Below are positions 1 to 10,694 of a stretch of 64,000 nucleotides of DNA, piece after piece. Location: the NCBI GenBank assembly GCA_002269645.1, contig NIVC01000046.1, forward strand, positions 1-64,000, in the 5' to 3' direction. Origin of the DNA: Macrostomum lignano (taxonomy: Eukaryota). The notes below the pieces were generated by a model. The model had not been told where the DNA came from and did not search any database. It saw nothing but the letters and a program-made list of their open reading frames with translations. Position 1 is the first letter of the stretch, and each line of letters opens with the position of its first letter. A program made the position numbers and the translations under genes.

Positions 1-595
1 AATGGCTTTGCCTTTGTTGTCATGTAATACTCGAGATGCTCAGTGGGTTTTGCAGGCATATAAAAACGCAATCTTGAATGATATCTGTAGTTTAAAGGTC
101 TTGCGTGTTTTGAGTGTGTGATCAACAACTGATTGGATGCTGTCTTTATAGTCGTAGATATTTGCGGTGGTACCGTTGGTGCCGATAATTGGGATTGTGT
201 ACTCTATGTAATGTTCTGTAAACTTCCTCTGTGCAAAATTAATCTCTTCAATGGCAAGCTCCGACTCTTTTAAATGGATTAATTGCTCTAATTTCTCTTG
301 TTCCTGCTATATTTTGTGGGTACTTTGCTTTTTCACCAGTGAGAGTTTCATATTTGTTAACTAAGTTACGACTCCTCTCTTTGGTGTTCCTTTGCAGAAT
401 TTTTTATAGGCGCATACTGGTTTGATTCTAATTGATTGATGATTTCCAACTGTTTTCATAGCTTCCCAGGTGACCAGGGTCGGTGTTGAACTTTTGTTTG
501 CATGCTTCTCTTAGTGAATTACTTTTGTCTTGAAATGAGACGCCTTTTGAAAAATATTTGTTGACTAAATCTTTTGCTGGATTAGCTTTTGGCAT
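1..595 (-). pseudogene. Frameshifted ORF running off the window, possibly the N-terminus of a protein-primed DNA polymerase B
   Basis: ATG at 595. Open stretches in shifting frames (..KTFKLQISFKIAF.., ..EYYMTTKAKP) loosely resemble Polinton pPolB N-termini. No catalytic motif is visible inside the window. Confidence 0.35.
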
Positions 596-719
596 TTTTC
601 TCGAAAATATAAAAAAAAATTTTGAGGGTGACCACCCTGATAGAAAAGTTGAACTGTTTCTACATCCTATCAGTAGCTTTAGGTTTATGAAGCTGGATAA
701 AGTGAGGTTTTAAACCTCA

Positions 720-1166
720 TCACATCCGCATTATTGTAAACCCAGCATTGTGCAGTGTCATGATGGCTTTGACAATGTCAGACTTGCTTACAGAATTTTC
801 ATGCTCACAATCATCACGATCGGGGCAGCCCTCTCCTGCCTTAATTGTTATACCTTTGTCTCTTGCAATCTTTTGCAATTCAAGCTGGTGGGCTCTATCA
901 TTCCCAGCTTTAACGCAGTTGCTACACCTCCAGCTACACCACCTGCGGCACTTTACAGCGCCTGCAATGATCGGAATAAGAGCTGCTAATGGTAGGATTC
1001 CTCCTGACTTTTCATCTGTGATGCTGTGTCTTTGCTCATTACACTGAACTATTTGCTGCGTGGGATCGACTTTTACTTTGGCACCTTTAATTGATATAAG
1101 ACCTGGTTTCTTTGATTCAATGATTTTATTGAGTTTATTGATGGTTCTAGTTTCAATCTTTGTCAT
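720..1166 (-). CDS. Adenovirus pX-like / membrane-active small virion protein of the Polinton
   Basis: Motif SGG-ILPLAALIPIIAGAV resembles adenoviral pX GGFLPALIPIIAAAIGA. Compensating +1/-1 indels restore ..AGAVSAAGGVAGGVATAVKAGND.. Confidence 0.6.
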   Translation of the reverse strand: MTKIETRTINKLNKIIESKKPGLISIKGAKVKVDPTQQIVQCNEQRHSITDEKSGGILPLAALIPIIAGAVKCRRWCSWRCSNCVKAGNDRAHQLELQKIARDKGITIKAGEGCPDRDDCEHENSVSKSDIVKAIMTLHNAGFTIMRM

Positions 1167-1182
1167 TTTTTATTTTAATATT

Positions 1183-2219
1183 TTAATTAATTTCTGTGTC
1201 AGCTGGTATCACTAGGAGTTCAGCTCTAGTGAATGACCGCGTGGGGGATTTAGGGTTAAAGGCTTGAGATAAAAGTAATAGTCACCGGAGTCGGAGGTAA
1301 AATGTCTGTCTATTTTATGCACATCAAGGCTGAAGTATGGATCTGTAGCTCTTCTTTTGGTGTCTTTCTCTAGCCTCCAGGTAGATATAAAAAGCGTAGA
1401 AACTTCAGATTTGTCAGTATGTATGGTGATTCAACTCCTGGAAGCTTAGGGTAGTTCGAGGTGTGTTTTGTGTTGTGCGTGTTGTGTGGGGTTGTCGTGT
1501 TGTTGTCTGTTCTATGAGATGCCTTAAGTTCGACAGTGTCTTGTTTTAATTGCATGGGACGGTTTCAATCCAGTCATACGTGTGACTTCATTGTTCAGTT
1601 GCTCTATAACAGTGGGGAGCCGGTCTATCCACTTGGTATAGTACTGACCACTTTTTAGTTTCAGCTCTTCAGCTGTCTGCTTAGTGAATAGTCTCTTGGC
1701 TAGAGTTAGATTGAATCTTTCCACAAAAGCCTGGTCTCTGTGGAGCTCAGTTCTGCCATAGCGAATCTCTGTGTTTTTCTTTTCCATAAGGGATTTCACT
1801 ACACCCATGAATTCCTTACCCGGGTCGGTCATAAGGGTTTGGGGGTATGTGAGCGGAGAGTTTTTATAAATATCTTGGAGGGCCGCTGCAACTGCTTCTG
1901 ACTTCTTCGTCTTAAGCGGTCTCGCTTCCTTATATCTGGAGGCAACGTCTGTAATTGTAAGAGCATACTTGTAGCCTGAGTCATTGGGGAGAAACAGAAG
2001 ATCTGCTTGGTGCGCCTCATTAGGTTTATAAATACTGAAATGGGGCCTTTCAAATTTTACTGGTGGGAAATAGACTTGAAAGACAGCCTGCTTAGAGAGC
2101 CACTTTTCTACTTTAGCTTTTGGTTCCTTACTCAGCTCCATGAGTTTACTAACGGCATTTTTGCCTACAAAGAATCCTTTGTCGCTGTAGTAGAGTTTTT
2201 TAAGTTTCTGATCTGTCAT
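1183..2219 (-). CDS. Polinton-type retroviral-like (DDE) integrase, frameshifted in the C-terminal third
   Basis: ORF 1524-2219 has QADLLFL, TDPGKEF and VERFNLTL. Downstream frames give LRFLYLPG, RRATDPYFSL and ELLVIPADTE, typical of the Polinton integrase tail, ending at TAA 1183-1185. Confidence 0.9.
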
Positions 2220-2249
2220 TTATTTAAAAAGAAAATTTTAAATAAAATA

Positions 2250-2582
2250 ATGCAGCGCTCTGGTGGTAAGTTAGATTCACATGGACTGATAGAAAAGCTT
2301 CCTCATCCAAACAAAGGCTGGACACTTCCCGGCTATAAATATTGCGGGCCTTTGAATCCACTTGAAATACAGTTAGATAAAAACAATAATCCACATCCTG
2401 GGCATGAGCCTGTGAACGAGCTAGACTCTGTGTGCATGTGGCACGACGTTAAATATAGAGATTTTCCTGAGGAGAAGAATCGTTGGGACAAAGAAATGCT
2501 TAAGAGACTAGACAATATAGGGGCTTCAAGCGGATTTCGTGAGTCGATCGCTCGGAAGCTAGTTAAAGCTGTTATTTTTTAG
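2250..2582 (+). CDS. Parvovirus VP1-like phospholipase A2 domain protein (PLA2X-type)
   Basis: LPGYKYCGPLNPL Ca-binding loop and NELDSVCMWHDVKY catalytic HD motif; ATG at 2250. Removing one T from the T6 run at 2575-2580 extends it as VIFSKTKLGLG. Confidence 0.85.
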   Translation: MQRSGGKLDSHGLIEKLPHPNKGWTLPGYKYCGPLNPLEIQLDKNNNPHPGHEPVNELDSVCMWHDVKYRDFPEEKNRWDKEMLKRLDNIGASSGFRESIARKLVKAVIF

Positions 2583-3578
2583 TAAGACAAAACTGGGGTT
2601 GGGGTGTACGCGAGGGCGGGTGTTTGGGGAGAGAGGGCGAGTGCACGGGGAGAGAGGGCGAACGCACGGGAGCAGAGTTTATTTTGTGCGCTCCTAACAA
2701 TGAATTGGGAAGACTGCTGAAAGAGCTGGGGGTAGAAAGGGGCGCTTGAATCGGAAGGGCATGAGCAAGTGTGGATTTGAGTAAGTACAGTTTTTTATTC
2801 CCTAAAGAGTTGCGCACAAGAGAGATTCTCATTCTCCAGAGAGCTAAGAGCAGAAAATAAAAAGTCAACCGCTTCGCCGCAATTAGCATGCATGGACTGT
2901 GTATGTTGAGATTCCCTCCTTGATTGATATTGATTATTGGCCAAATTGCGAGGCCAGTTGGCCCGCCGAGTTGGCCTCGGCCCGCCGATTTGGCCTCGGA
3001 ATGTGGCCCGCCTAGTTGGTCTATACGGTACGAAAATATGGGGGGGGGGGGTAGAGAGGGGCGCTTGAGTCGGGAAGGGCTTAACTATTATTCTCAGCCC
3101 TAACCAAGCGCAACAGCTGCATTTTGAAAAGTAGAAGCAGAAGGGGGGGTGGGTAACTGCTATTTGCTGAGGGAGCGCAGCCCTCTAATCGATTTTGCGA
3201 ATGTACAAGTTCCACGCGTGCTTTCCTTTCCGCTTTGACAAACCCAATCAACCAAGGAAATGTATGGGGACTTCAAGCGGGTGGAGGGAATCGATCGCTC
3301 ACCCTCACATTCACACGCCTCATGTTCTATCGTTCACTGAGCTATATCGATTATTTTTTCCCTGCTTGACTCCAAGATTGTACAGTCTAAGAATTTTCTG
3401 GAATTTTCTAGCTGTATAGCTGTATTTAAGCAAATGCAGAAACACTCGGGTTGATTCTCCCCGCATATGCCATCAACTGCGACTGAGAAACGACGACTGC
3501 AGGAACTTAAGCACGCTGAAAGTGATCTAAGAAATTGTCCGCCAAACTATAAGATTAGAAGACAAGAAGATTTAGAAA

Positions 3579-4256
3579 ATGGAAGTCGAGTGGAATCTTC
3601 ATTTGACAGATAAGCAAGGCCTTTGTGCCATGCTACAAAGAGTTTTACAGGATATTCCGTCACATCTACAAGCAAGAAGAAGAGAGGAACTAACCACCTT
3701 TTTCGGTCTAGAAACTGGCGACCTACCAATCGAGTTTTTCGCCATGGCCCCTGATGATATCGCCGCAGCGAATGAAGCGCAAAATGTGAGTAGCGAAGAG
3801 AAGAAGGCGGCGGCTCTGCAGAAGAAGATGGCGGATCTGCAGATATTCAGGGAGAAGTTGTACGCATCCCGCGTAACACTAGCTGATCAGCTGATGGACG
3901 CTGTTGATCACCAGCTTCCATCTGGCGAGCAGAACATCATCACTAGGGTGAAGGCGGCTCTAGCAAAATACAAGAAGACTCAAATTGGAGGTCTACATTG
4001 GATTCTCGAAGTTGGGCGGCTGCTAAAAACTTATCGCACCGAGAACTTTGGACAAGATGTTAAAGTGCGGTTCGCCCATTTGTGTAAAAATGTAAACATC
4101 CAGGAATCAACTGGCTATTTGTACATTCGTCTGTACAAACTGTCTGTTACCTACCCAGGCTTGAGACAGGTGTCAATGCCAATTAGGGAACTAAACTCTA
4201 AGATGAAGTTTCTAGAAGAAATTTTGGTCAGTGATCCTGCGTGGAAAGTTGTGTAA
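3579..4256 (+). CDS. Polinton accessory protein of unknown function (225 aa)
   Basis: Clean ATG-to-TAA ORF with normal protein composition inside the element; no recognisable motif. Confidence 0.7.
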   Translation: MEVEWNLHLTDKQGLCAMLQRVLQDIPSHLQARRREELTTFFGLETGDLPIEFFAMAPDDIAAANEAQNVSSEEKKAAALQKKMADLQIFREKLYASRVTLADQLMDAVDHQLPSGEQNIITRVKAALAKYKKTQIGGLHWILEVGRLLKTYRTENFGQDVKVRFAHLCKNVNIQESTGYLYIRLYKLSVTYPGLRQVSMPIRELNSKMKFLEEILVSDPAWKVV

Positions 4257-4283
4257 TTTTTAAATTCAGTTCATTTAGAATTT

Positions 4284-4730
4284 TTCTAACGCGTTAGAAT
4301 TTCAAAGAGAAGATTCAACAACTGGAGACAGCCGATTGGTTAAGTAGAGGAGGGTAGCAATTTTCTCAGTACTGTGTGCAACTCAGTCGGTGGGTTTTAA
4401 ATTCTAACGCTGTTAGAAATTTCTATGTGAAAAGTTTCCCGCAAGATAAGCTTGGGCACACCAAATTTTCACATAGAAAATTCTAACGCGTTAGAGAATC
4501 TAGCTGCTGGCTCAAAGGAACGCTAGGCTGGCTCTGTATGGTTAAATAGAGGGGGGGGGGTAGAAATTTTCTAACGCCGTTAGAATTTTCTTTGTGAAAA
4601 GCTTCCCGCATGATAAGCTTGGGCACACCAAATTTTCACATAGAAAATTCTAACGGCGTTAGAGAATCTAGCTGCTGGCTCAAAGGAACGCTAGGCTGGC
4701 TCTGTATGTTGTTGAAGAATTCTAACGCAG
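4284..4730. repeat. Subterminal palindromes and ~139-bp direct repeat of the Polinton
   Basis: Perfect palindrome TTCTAACGCGTTAGAA at 4284-4299 plus several variants; direct repeat at ~4402-4540 and ~4569-4708. Confidence 0.85.
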
Positions 4731-5041
4731 ATCCTACATAGTGTCTGTTTTTTCTACCATTTTTGATACTCTTGTAATAGTTAATAAATATCCTATCAGC
4801 TGTGCAACCGTTAATAAATATATAATTCTTACTAATGAATAATAAAATTATTTATTTTTTTTTCAATGGGTAAGGACCCTGGGTTAGGGGATTTAAAGTT
4901 TTAGGGATGTGGTAGCACGTTGCGGATTGAATGTGGGGAGAAGAATGCATATTTTTTTCTGATTGTTTCGAAGATGCTATGGATGGATGTCAGTGGATTA
5001 TGTCTGTGTCAGTGAGCATAACAGGTGTCCTACTGTTATGC

Positions 5042-5275
5042 TCTGATTCTGTCAGGGATAATGCTCTGATTCTGTCAGGGATAATATGGATGGATTTAAT
5101 AGGATTATGGAGGATGTTTTGTGAGCGAGTGCGACCCCCCTTTTTTTCTGATTCTGTCGGGGATAATATGGATGGATTTAGGTGGATTATGGAGGACGTT
5201 TTCGGAGCGAGTGCGACCCCCCTTTTTTTCTGATTCTGTCAGGGATAATATGGATGGATTTAGGTGGATTATGGA
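5042..5275. repeat. ~82-bp subterminal tandem repeats of the Polinton
   Basis: TCTGATTCTGTCAGGGATAATATGGATGGATTT.. recurs at ~5065, 5147 and 5229. Confidence 0.85.
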
Positions 5276-5320
5276 GGAGGTGAAAAATTTTGTCCCAGAA
5301 GCCCCCTCATGCCTTCTACT

Positions 5321-8300
5321 GTGAACGGGTGAAATTAGAACTTCTCTGATTGCAGAGGTCTCACGAGTCTCCTCAGCTGCTCGACCACTCCGCCGATGTC
5401 GCTTCTCAGCTCACAAAGTCGGTCTCGAACCCTCGCCTCCGTGTTGTCGAAGTCGCCGCCGATTCCAGCGTTCTTGAAGTAGAGCGGAGCGTCGGGCATG
5501 AAGAAGTGCGGCATGCACTCATCGGGCGAGCTGCTCGACCTCATGAATCTCAGCCTCATGTCGAGAGACTCCTTGAGCAAAGCGATCAGATTGTGGGGCT
5601 GCCAAGAACACCAACTATATCTGCCAGGCTTCTCCAGCATTGTGAAGAGCAGAGTCTTTGCATGGTAGGTCTTGAGTCCAGGTGTGTCCAGAGTGAGCGG
5701 CAAGTGTCTCTTGAAGATGAACTTGATGAGTGTGAACAGCTGGCCCTGGACTGTGCTCAGCCGTCTCATGATGTCTTTCTCTTGGAAGCTGAAGCTCACT
5801 CTGAGCTCGTTGGTCGAGCTCGGTCTGGTCGCCCGAACGAGGTGAACATAATTTCAGCTTCCATTGAGCAGGTTGGCTGCCTGCAGAGCGCAGTGAGCGG
5901 AGAGTCGCTTTGTGACAAGTGAAGAAGATGGGTATTTCTTAAAACTGGAAATATACCCATGCGCTAATGCGAAATATACACAGCTTTAGTAGTTAAATAT
6001 ATGCTCCTGTGAGGCAGGAGCCTCTGCACCCACTGCGTGTGTCCAGCTTCAGCTTCAGCTGTTCTGGCTTCATCAGGTAGCAGCTCATCACATCTGCTCA
6101 AGCATCCTCAGGATTCAAAACCCAATGGCCCGGTCCAATGATTCCAGTTGGCATCAGAGTTTTCTTACCAATTGAAATTTCAGTTTCAATTCCAATATCA
6201 CTTAAAACTAAAATATTTTCTCTCGACTGCTTTTAACGCTTCAATTAAATTTGCGGCCAGAAGAGGCAGAACATATTTTTTTCAATTAGCTCTTTCCAAA
6301 TGCTCAAGCATCATCAGGACTCAGTGCCCCGCTGCAAGGCACCAATCAGCAGTCAGGGCGGCTTCGGTTCATTTTGTTTGAAATTTCCAAGTGAGAGCAG
6401 CAGCACCTCAGCAGAGCCATCCCGCCTACCGTGGGTCACCCAAGCACCGCTGCACCCACTCTGCTGCAATCGGAGCCTGTGAATTCAAAACCCAATGGCC
6501 CGGCTCAGCCAGTCGGCATCAGAGTTTTCTTTTCAATTTCGCCTGCCGCTTGTTTCAGCACCCAAACCGACATTCGCAGTCACAGAAGCTGCTGGAGGCT
6601 GGGCGCCACACGGTTGCGAATTTAGAAATTGACCAAAGTTAATGGGGATAATAAGTTGCATGCGGATCTCAGCATTCTGATGATGAACCCAGCCTCACTC
6701 ACCTGCTCCCACTGCCACCTGTGCGTGGCCCTCCGTGACCTGCAGCCGAGTGGCGCCTCTGCATGCGGCCTTTCTTCTTTTGCAGCCTCCTTTGAGATGG
6801 AACTGCTGCCCAGCAACCAGCACAGTCCAGTCAATGTCCGAGTCTGCAGCTGTCCTGCCGTTCACTTGCACCAGACTGTTGGCCCAGCCCTCTGCGTAGC
6901 TGCCCGTCATCCGCCTGCCATCCTGTGTGAGGACTCGAGCGACTTCTTCCAGCCAGTCAGCCAGCATCTGCTGACACTTTGCTCTCTGCTCGGTGAATCC
7001 CGCATCGCTGAGCAGTCGATGCAGCTCCTCGCTCAGGCGCCTGCGTTGCTGGTAGTCGCCTGAGAGCCTGGAATGATCCCAGATGCGTGTGGGTGATTTG
7101 CTCAGAATTGGATGGACAGAACAAGCAGGAGAGCTGAGAGTGCTGCTGCTTCAGCACTCAGACTGGCATCTCAAGCAGGAGAGCTGAGAGTGCAGCTGCT
7201 GCAGCACTCAGACTGGCATCTCAAGCAGGAGAGCTGAGAGTGCAGCTGCTGCAGCACTCAGACTGGCATCTCAAGCAGGAGAGCTGAGAGTGCAGCTGCT
7301 GCAGCACTCAGACTGGCATCTCAAGCAGGAGAGCTGAGAGTGCAGCTGCTGCAGCACTCAGACTGGCATCTCAAGCAGGAGAGCTGAGAGTGCAGCTGCT
7401 GCAGCACTCAGACTGGCATCTCAAGCAGGAGAGCTGAGAGTGCAGCTGCTGCAGCACTCAGACTGGCATCTCAAGCAGGAGAGCTGAGATTGCAGCTGCT
7501 GCAGCACTCAGTCCAACCCAATCTGAACCCTCCTGAGATTCGCTGCAATTTCTGTCCCAAGCTGCCAGCCTGTTGGAAGGCGCAATGCGGCAGTGAAAGC
7601 CAAACCGGCCAGGCTCACCGATGGAAGCCCGAATCCAAGCGGTGAGCGGCTGCTTGCCGGGCCTCTGGGCTTCTGCAATGCGTGAAGGAAGCCAGGGTTC
7701 TCACAGCAGTTGCGTTTTAGAATGTATTGCATCACATATTTCTTGATTGAGTTAAAAATTCATCTTTAACTGCAGCTTCATCAACTTCCAACGCTCTTTC
7801 AGGTGGAAGTATCAAAAATCGGAGGGAGGGTACATGTAGGTAAAAGCAGATGACCGAAAGCAGTTGAGAATATTGAAGCGGCTGCTGTCTTCCGTGAGCT
7901 GCACCTGAGCAAACCGGTGCTTGGCTGCTGAGAGACGGAGCAGCTGTGTGATGCGAGCTGGCTGCATTCGAGAGAGGGTGTCGGTGAGAGCAGAGTTCCT
8001 GCCTTCGATGGCCATTGCTGCAGCGAAGCTGAGGATGGTGCTGGATTGGAAGAGCCAGTCAGGCTTGAGGCCGAGAGAGGAAACGACATTTTCGTCAAGG
8101 CGAGAGCAAGCCGCGACTGCGTATTGGAAACGGAGATTCGCTCTCTGATCCGGACTTGATAGACACGAAATGAGGAACTTGACCACTTCCCACTGGCCAT
8201 TTCTTGCAGCAGATTTAGCAGTTTTGTTGCAGCAGTGATCTCTTTTTATTTGGTCAGCGACTGTCGGCACGAGGAACCTGACGACTTCTAGGTGACCATT

Positions 8301-8835
8301 TCTGGCAGCAGATTCAGCAGCATTGATGCAGCAGTCATCTCTTTGTTTGTGTAGCGACTGTCCGCACGAGAAACTTGACGGCTTCTAAGTGACCATTTCT
8401 TGCAGCAGATTCAGCAGCCTCGATGCTGCACTGATCTCTTTTTGCTTGTTTCGCTCTCTCATACGGTCTTGAGCGGCATGAGATGAGGAACTTGTGGACT
8501 TTTAAGGGACTCTTGATTGCAAAATATTTCGCAGCCTCGATCCTGCACTGACCTCTTTTTGTGTGATCAGCGACTGGCTCCTCGAGAAACTTGACGAATT
8601 CTAAATGACCCTCACTGGCAGTAATTTCTGCAGTTTCAATACAGCACTGATTTCTTTTTGTTTGGTCAGTGACTGACTCCACGAGAAACTTGACGACTTC
8701 CAACTGACCCTTTCTTGCAGCAAGTTGTTTGCAAAATATATATCTCTTTTTCTTTTGCTGAAGGTCCAGATGATGTCTGAGTGCCTGGATATTCCCATTT
8801 TTGGCAGCCTCATCAGCACTGATTTGTTGGCGCAT
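5321..8835 (-). pseudogene. ANK-cGLR paralog A (pseudogene)
   Basis: Ankyrin exon 8835-~7930 (2-nt deletion near 8337, 3' end deleted), 54-nt exon 7672-7619, NTase exon 7067-6703 (GSYAEG..SDID). The Mab-21 exon starts at 5880, has a frameshifting replacement, and is truncated by the Polinton at 5320. Confidence 0.88.
7121..7510. repeat. 50-bp intronic VNTR (~8 copies)
   Basis: Unit CAAGCAGGAGAGCTGAGAGTGCAGCTGCTGCAGCACTCAGACTGGCATCT; about 1 copy at 28080 and about 2 copies at 51341. Confidence 0.95.
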
Positions 8836-9026
8836 TTTACTTGGTGCGCTGTGAAGTGCTTTTCACTGGAAGGTAAATATTTTTTGTGTTCGTTTAGTAA
8901 TTGAATTGGTTGAAAGAGGAAGTCAGAAATAGGGGAGAGGGGAAGATGGAAAGAGGGGCGGTTTCTTGGTTTGAAACGTTAAAAACACGTTTTGAAGAGA
9001 GTAAATACCTTAAATTACTGACTGGT

Positions 9027-9209
9027 GTCAGAGTGGCAGATGTCAGTCACGGCTGCTGTCAGAGTGGCAGATGTGAGTCACGGCTGCTGTCAGAGTGGCA
9101 GATGTGAGTCACGGCTGCTGTCAGAGTGGCAGATGTCAGTCACGGCTGCTGTCAGAGTGGCAGATGTCAGTCACGGCTGCTGTCAGAGTGGCAGATGTCA
9201 GTCACGGCT
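9027..9209. repeat. 31-bp tandem repeat (~6 copies) upstream of paralog A
   Basis: GTCAGAGTGGCAGATGTCAGTCACGGCTGCT; a single copy lies upstream of paralog B at ~40161. Confidence 0.95.
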
Positions 9210-9532
9210 GATTTATTATAGATAACATGCTAGATAAGCAGGAGAAAAAATTCTGGAAATAAAACTTTGCAGTTTTAAATCCAAAATAGAATGTAATAAC
9301 ACAAAAGAGTCGAATCCCTCAAGCACAGGGAATCTCAAGCCTACGACTGGTTCTCAAATGGGTTGCGACAGCTTTAGGAGAATTTTCAAAAATCTTCATG
9401 TTAATGCAAACAAAAATGCAGGATTTCTGACTTCTTTGGGTCCATTGAAATTGGAATTGCACCTGCTTTATGGCTCCAATGTTCCAATGTTCACTGGCTG
9501 AATTTCATGGCTGGACTTATGCTGAGAATCCC

Positions 9533-9860
9533 GAGCCCCATCCTTTACTCAGCTTCCGGTTCCCCATCCGCTACTCATCTTCCGGTTCCCCATCCGCTAC
9601 TCAGCTTCCGGTTCCCCATCCGCTACTCAGCTTCCGGTACCCCATCCGCTACTCATCTTCCGGTTCCCCATCCGCTACTCATCTTCCGGTTCCCCATCCG
9701 CTACTCAGCTTCCGGTTACCCATCCGCTACTCAGCTTCCGGTTCCCATCCACAACTCATCTTCCGGTTCCGCAACCGCTACTCAGCTTTCGGTTCCCCAT
9801 CCGCTACTCAGCTTCCGTTTCCCCATCCGCTACTCAGCTTCCGGTTCCCCATCCAGCCAG
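9533..9860. repeat. 26-bp minisatellite
   Basis: CAGCTTCCGGTTCCCCATCCGCTACT, about 12-13 copies. Confidence 0.95.
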
Positions 9861-9910
9861 CCCCCGCGGCCTCATCGCAGCGCTGAGCCCAGCATCCCAA
9901 CTGCTTCATC

Positions 9911-10195
9911 ATGGTATTCAGCGGAGCTTCCGGTGGCAGCAGGCAGTCGGCGCTGGCGCCGCGCGATCCGAGCGACGAGGCGTTCCGCAAAATCTTCGTC
10001 GGCGGCCTCAGTCCCGACGTGAGCACCGACGGCCTGCGCGAGTACTTTGCCAAGTTCGGCGAAGTCACCGACTGCGTGGCGGTCAGAAACCCGGCCACTC
10101 AGCGGTCCAAAGGCTTCGGCTTCGTCACCTTCAAGGACGCCGAGACCGTGAATGCGGTGCAGGCCAAGCGGCCCCACACCATTCAGGATAAGGAG
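9911..10195 (+). CDS. Exon encoding an hnRNP A/B / Musashi-like RRM domain
   Basis: RNP2 KIFVGGL, RNP1 KGFGFVTF, RPHTI; ends at donor GAG|GTGAGC (10195/10196). No downstream exon was recognised. Confidence 0.85.
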
Positions 10196-10225
10196 GTGAG
10201 CGGAGCTCTGAGTAGCCCAGAAATG

Positions 10226-10694
10226 CCTCAGCTGCTCCCAGCCTCCCAGATGAAGCCTCAAATGCCTCACTCACAGCTGCTCCCAGCCTCCAGATGAAGC
10301 CTCAAATTCCTCACTCACAGCTGCTCCCAGCCTCCCAGATGAAGCCTCAAATGCCTCACTCACAGCTGCTCCCAGCCTCCAGATGAAACCTCAAATCCTT
10401 CACTCACAGCTGCTCCCAGCCTCCAGATGAAGCCTCAAATGCCTCACTCACAGCTGCTCCCAGCCTCCAGATGAAACCTCAAATGCTTCACTCACAGCTG
10501 CTCCCAGCCTCCAGATGAAGCCTCAAATGCCTCACTCACAGCTGCTCCCAGCCTCCAGATGAAACCTCAAATGCTTCACTCACAGCTGCTCCCAGCCTCC
10601 AGATGAAGCCTCAAATGCCTCACTCACAGCTGCTCCCAGCCTCCCAGATGAAGCCTCAAATGCCTCACTCACGGCTGCTCCCAGCCTCCCAGAT
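10226..10694. repeat. ~44-bp minisatellite
   Basis: CAGCTGCTCCCAGCCTCCAGATGAAGCCTCAAATGCCTCACTCA, about 10-11 copies. Confidence 0.95.

Larger units (their letters stand above)
1..5320. mobile_element. Terminal part of a Polinton/Maverick (adintovirus-like) element; the other end lies outside the window
   Basis: Contains a Polinton-type integrase, a parvovirus-like PLA2 ORF and a GGILPL pX-like ORF. Has subterminal repeats and ends in ...CTTCTACT at 5320 (reverse complement AGTAG..., the typical Polinton terminus). Host Mab-21-like exon sequence resumes immediately at 5321. Confidence 0.9.

Noticed and set aside
6703-7067. Bacterial CBASS CD-NTase interpretation of the GS..DID protein
   Set aside because: The gene is split by GT-AG introns in a eukaryotic, transposon-rich context with no operon, so an animal cGLR fits better.
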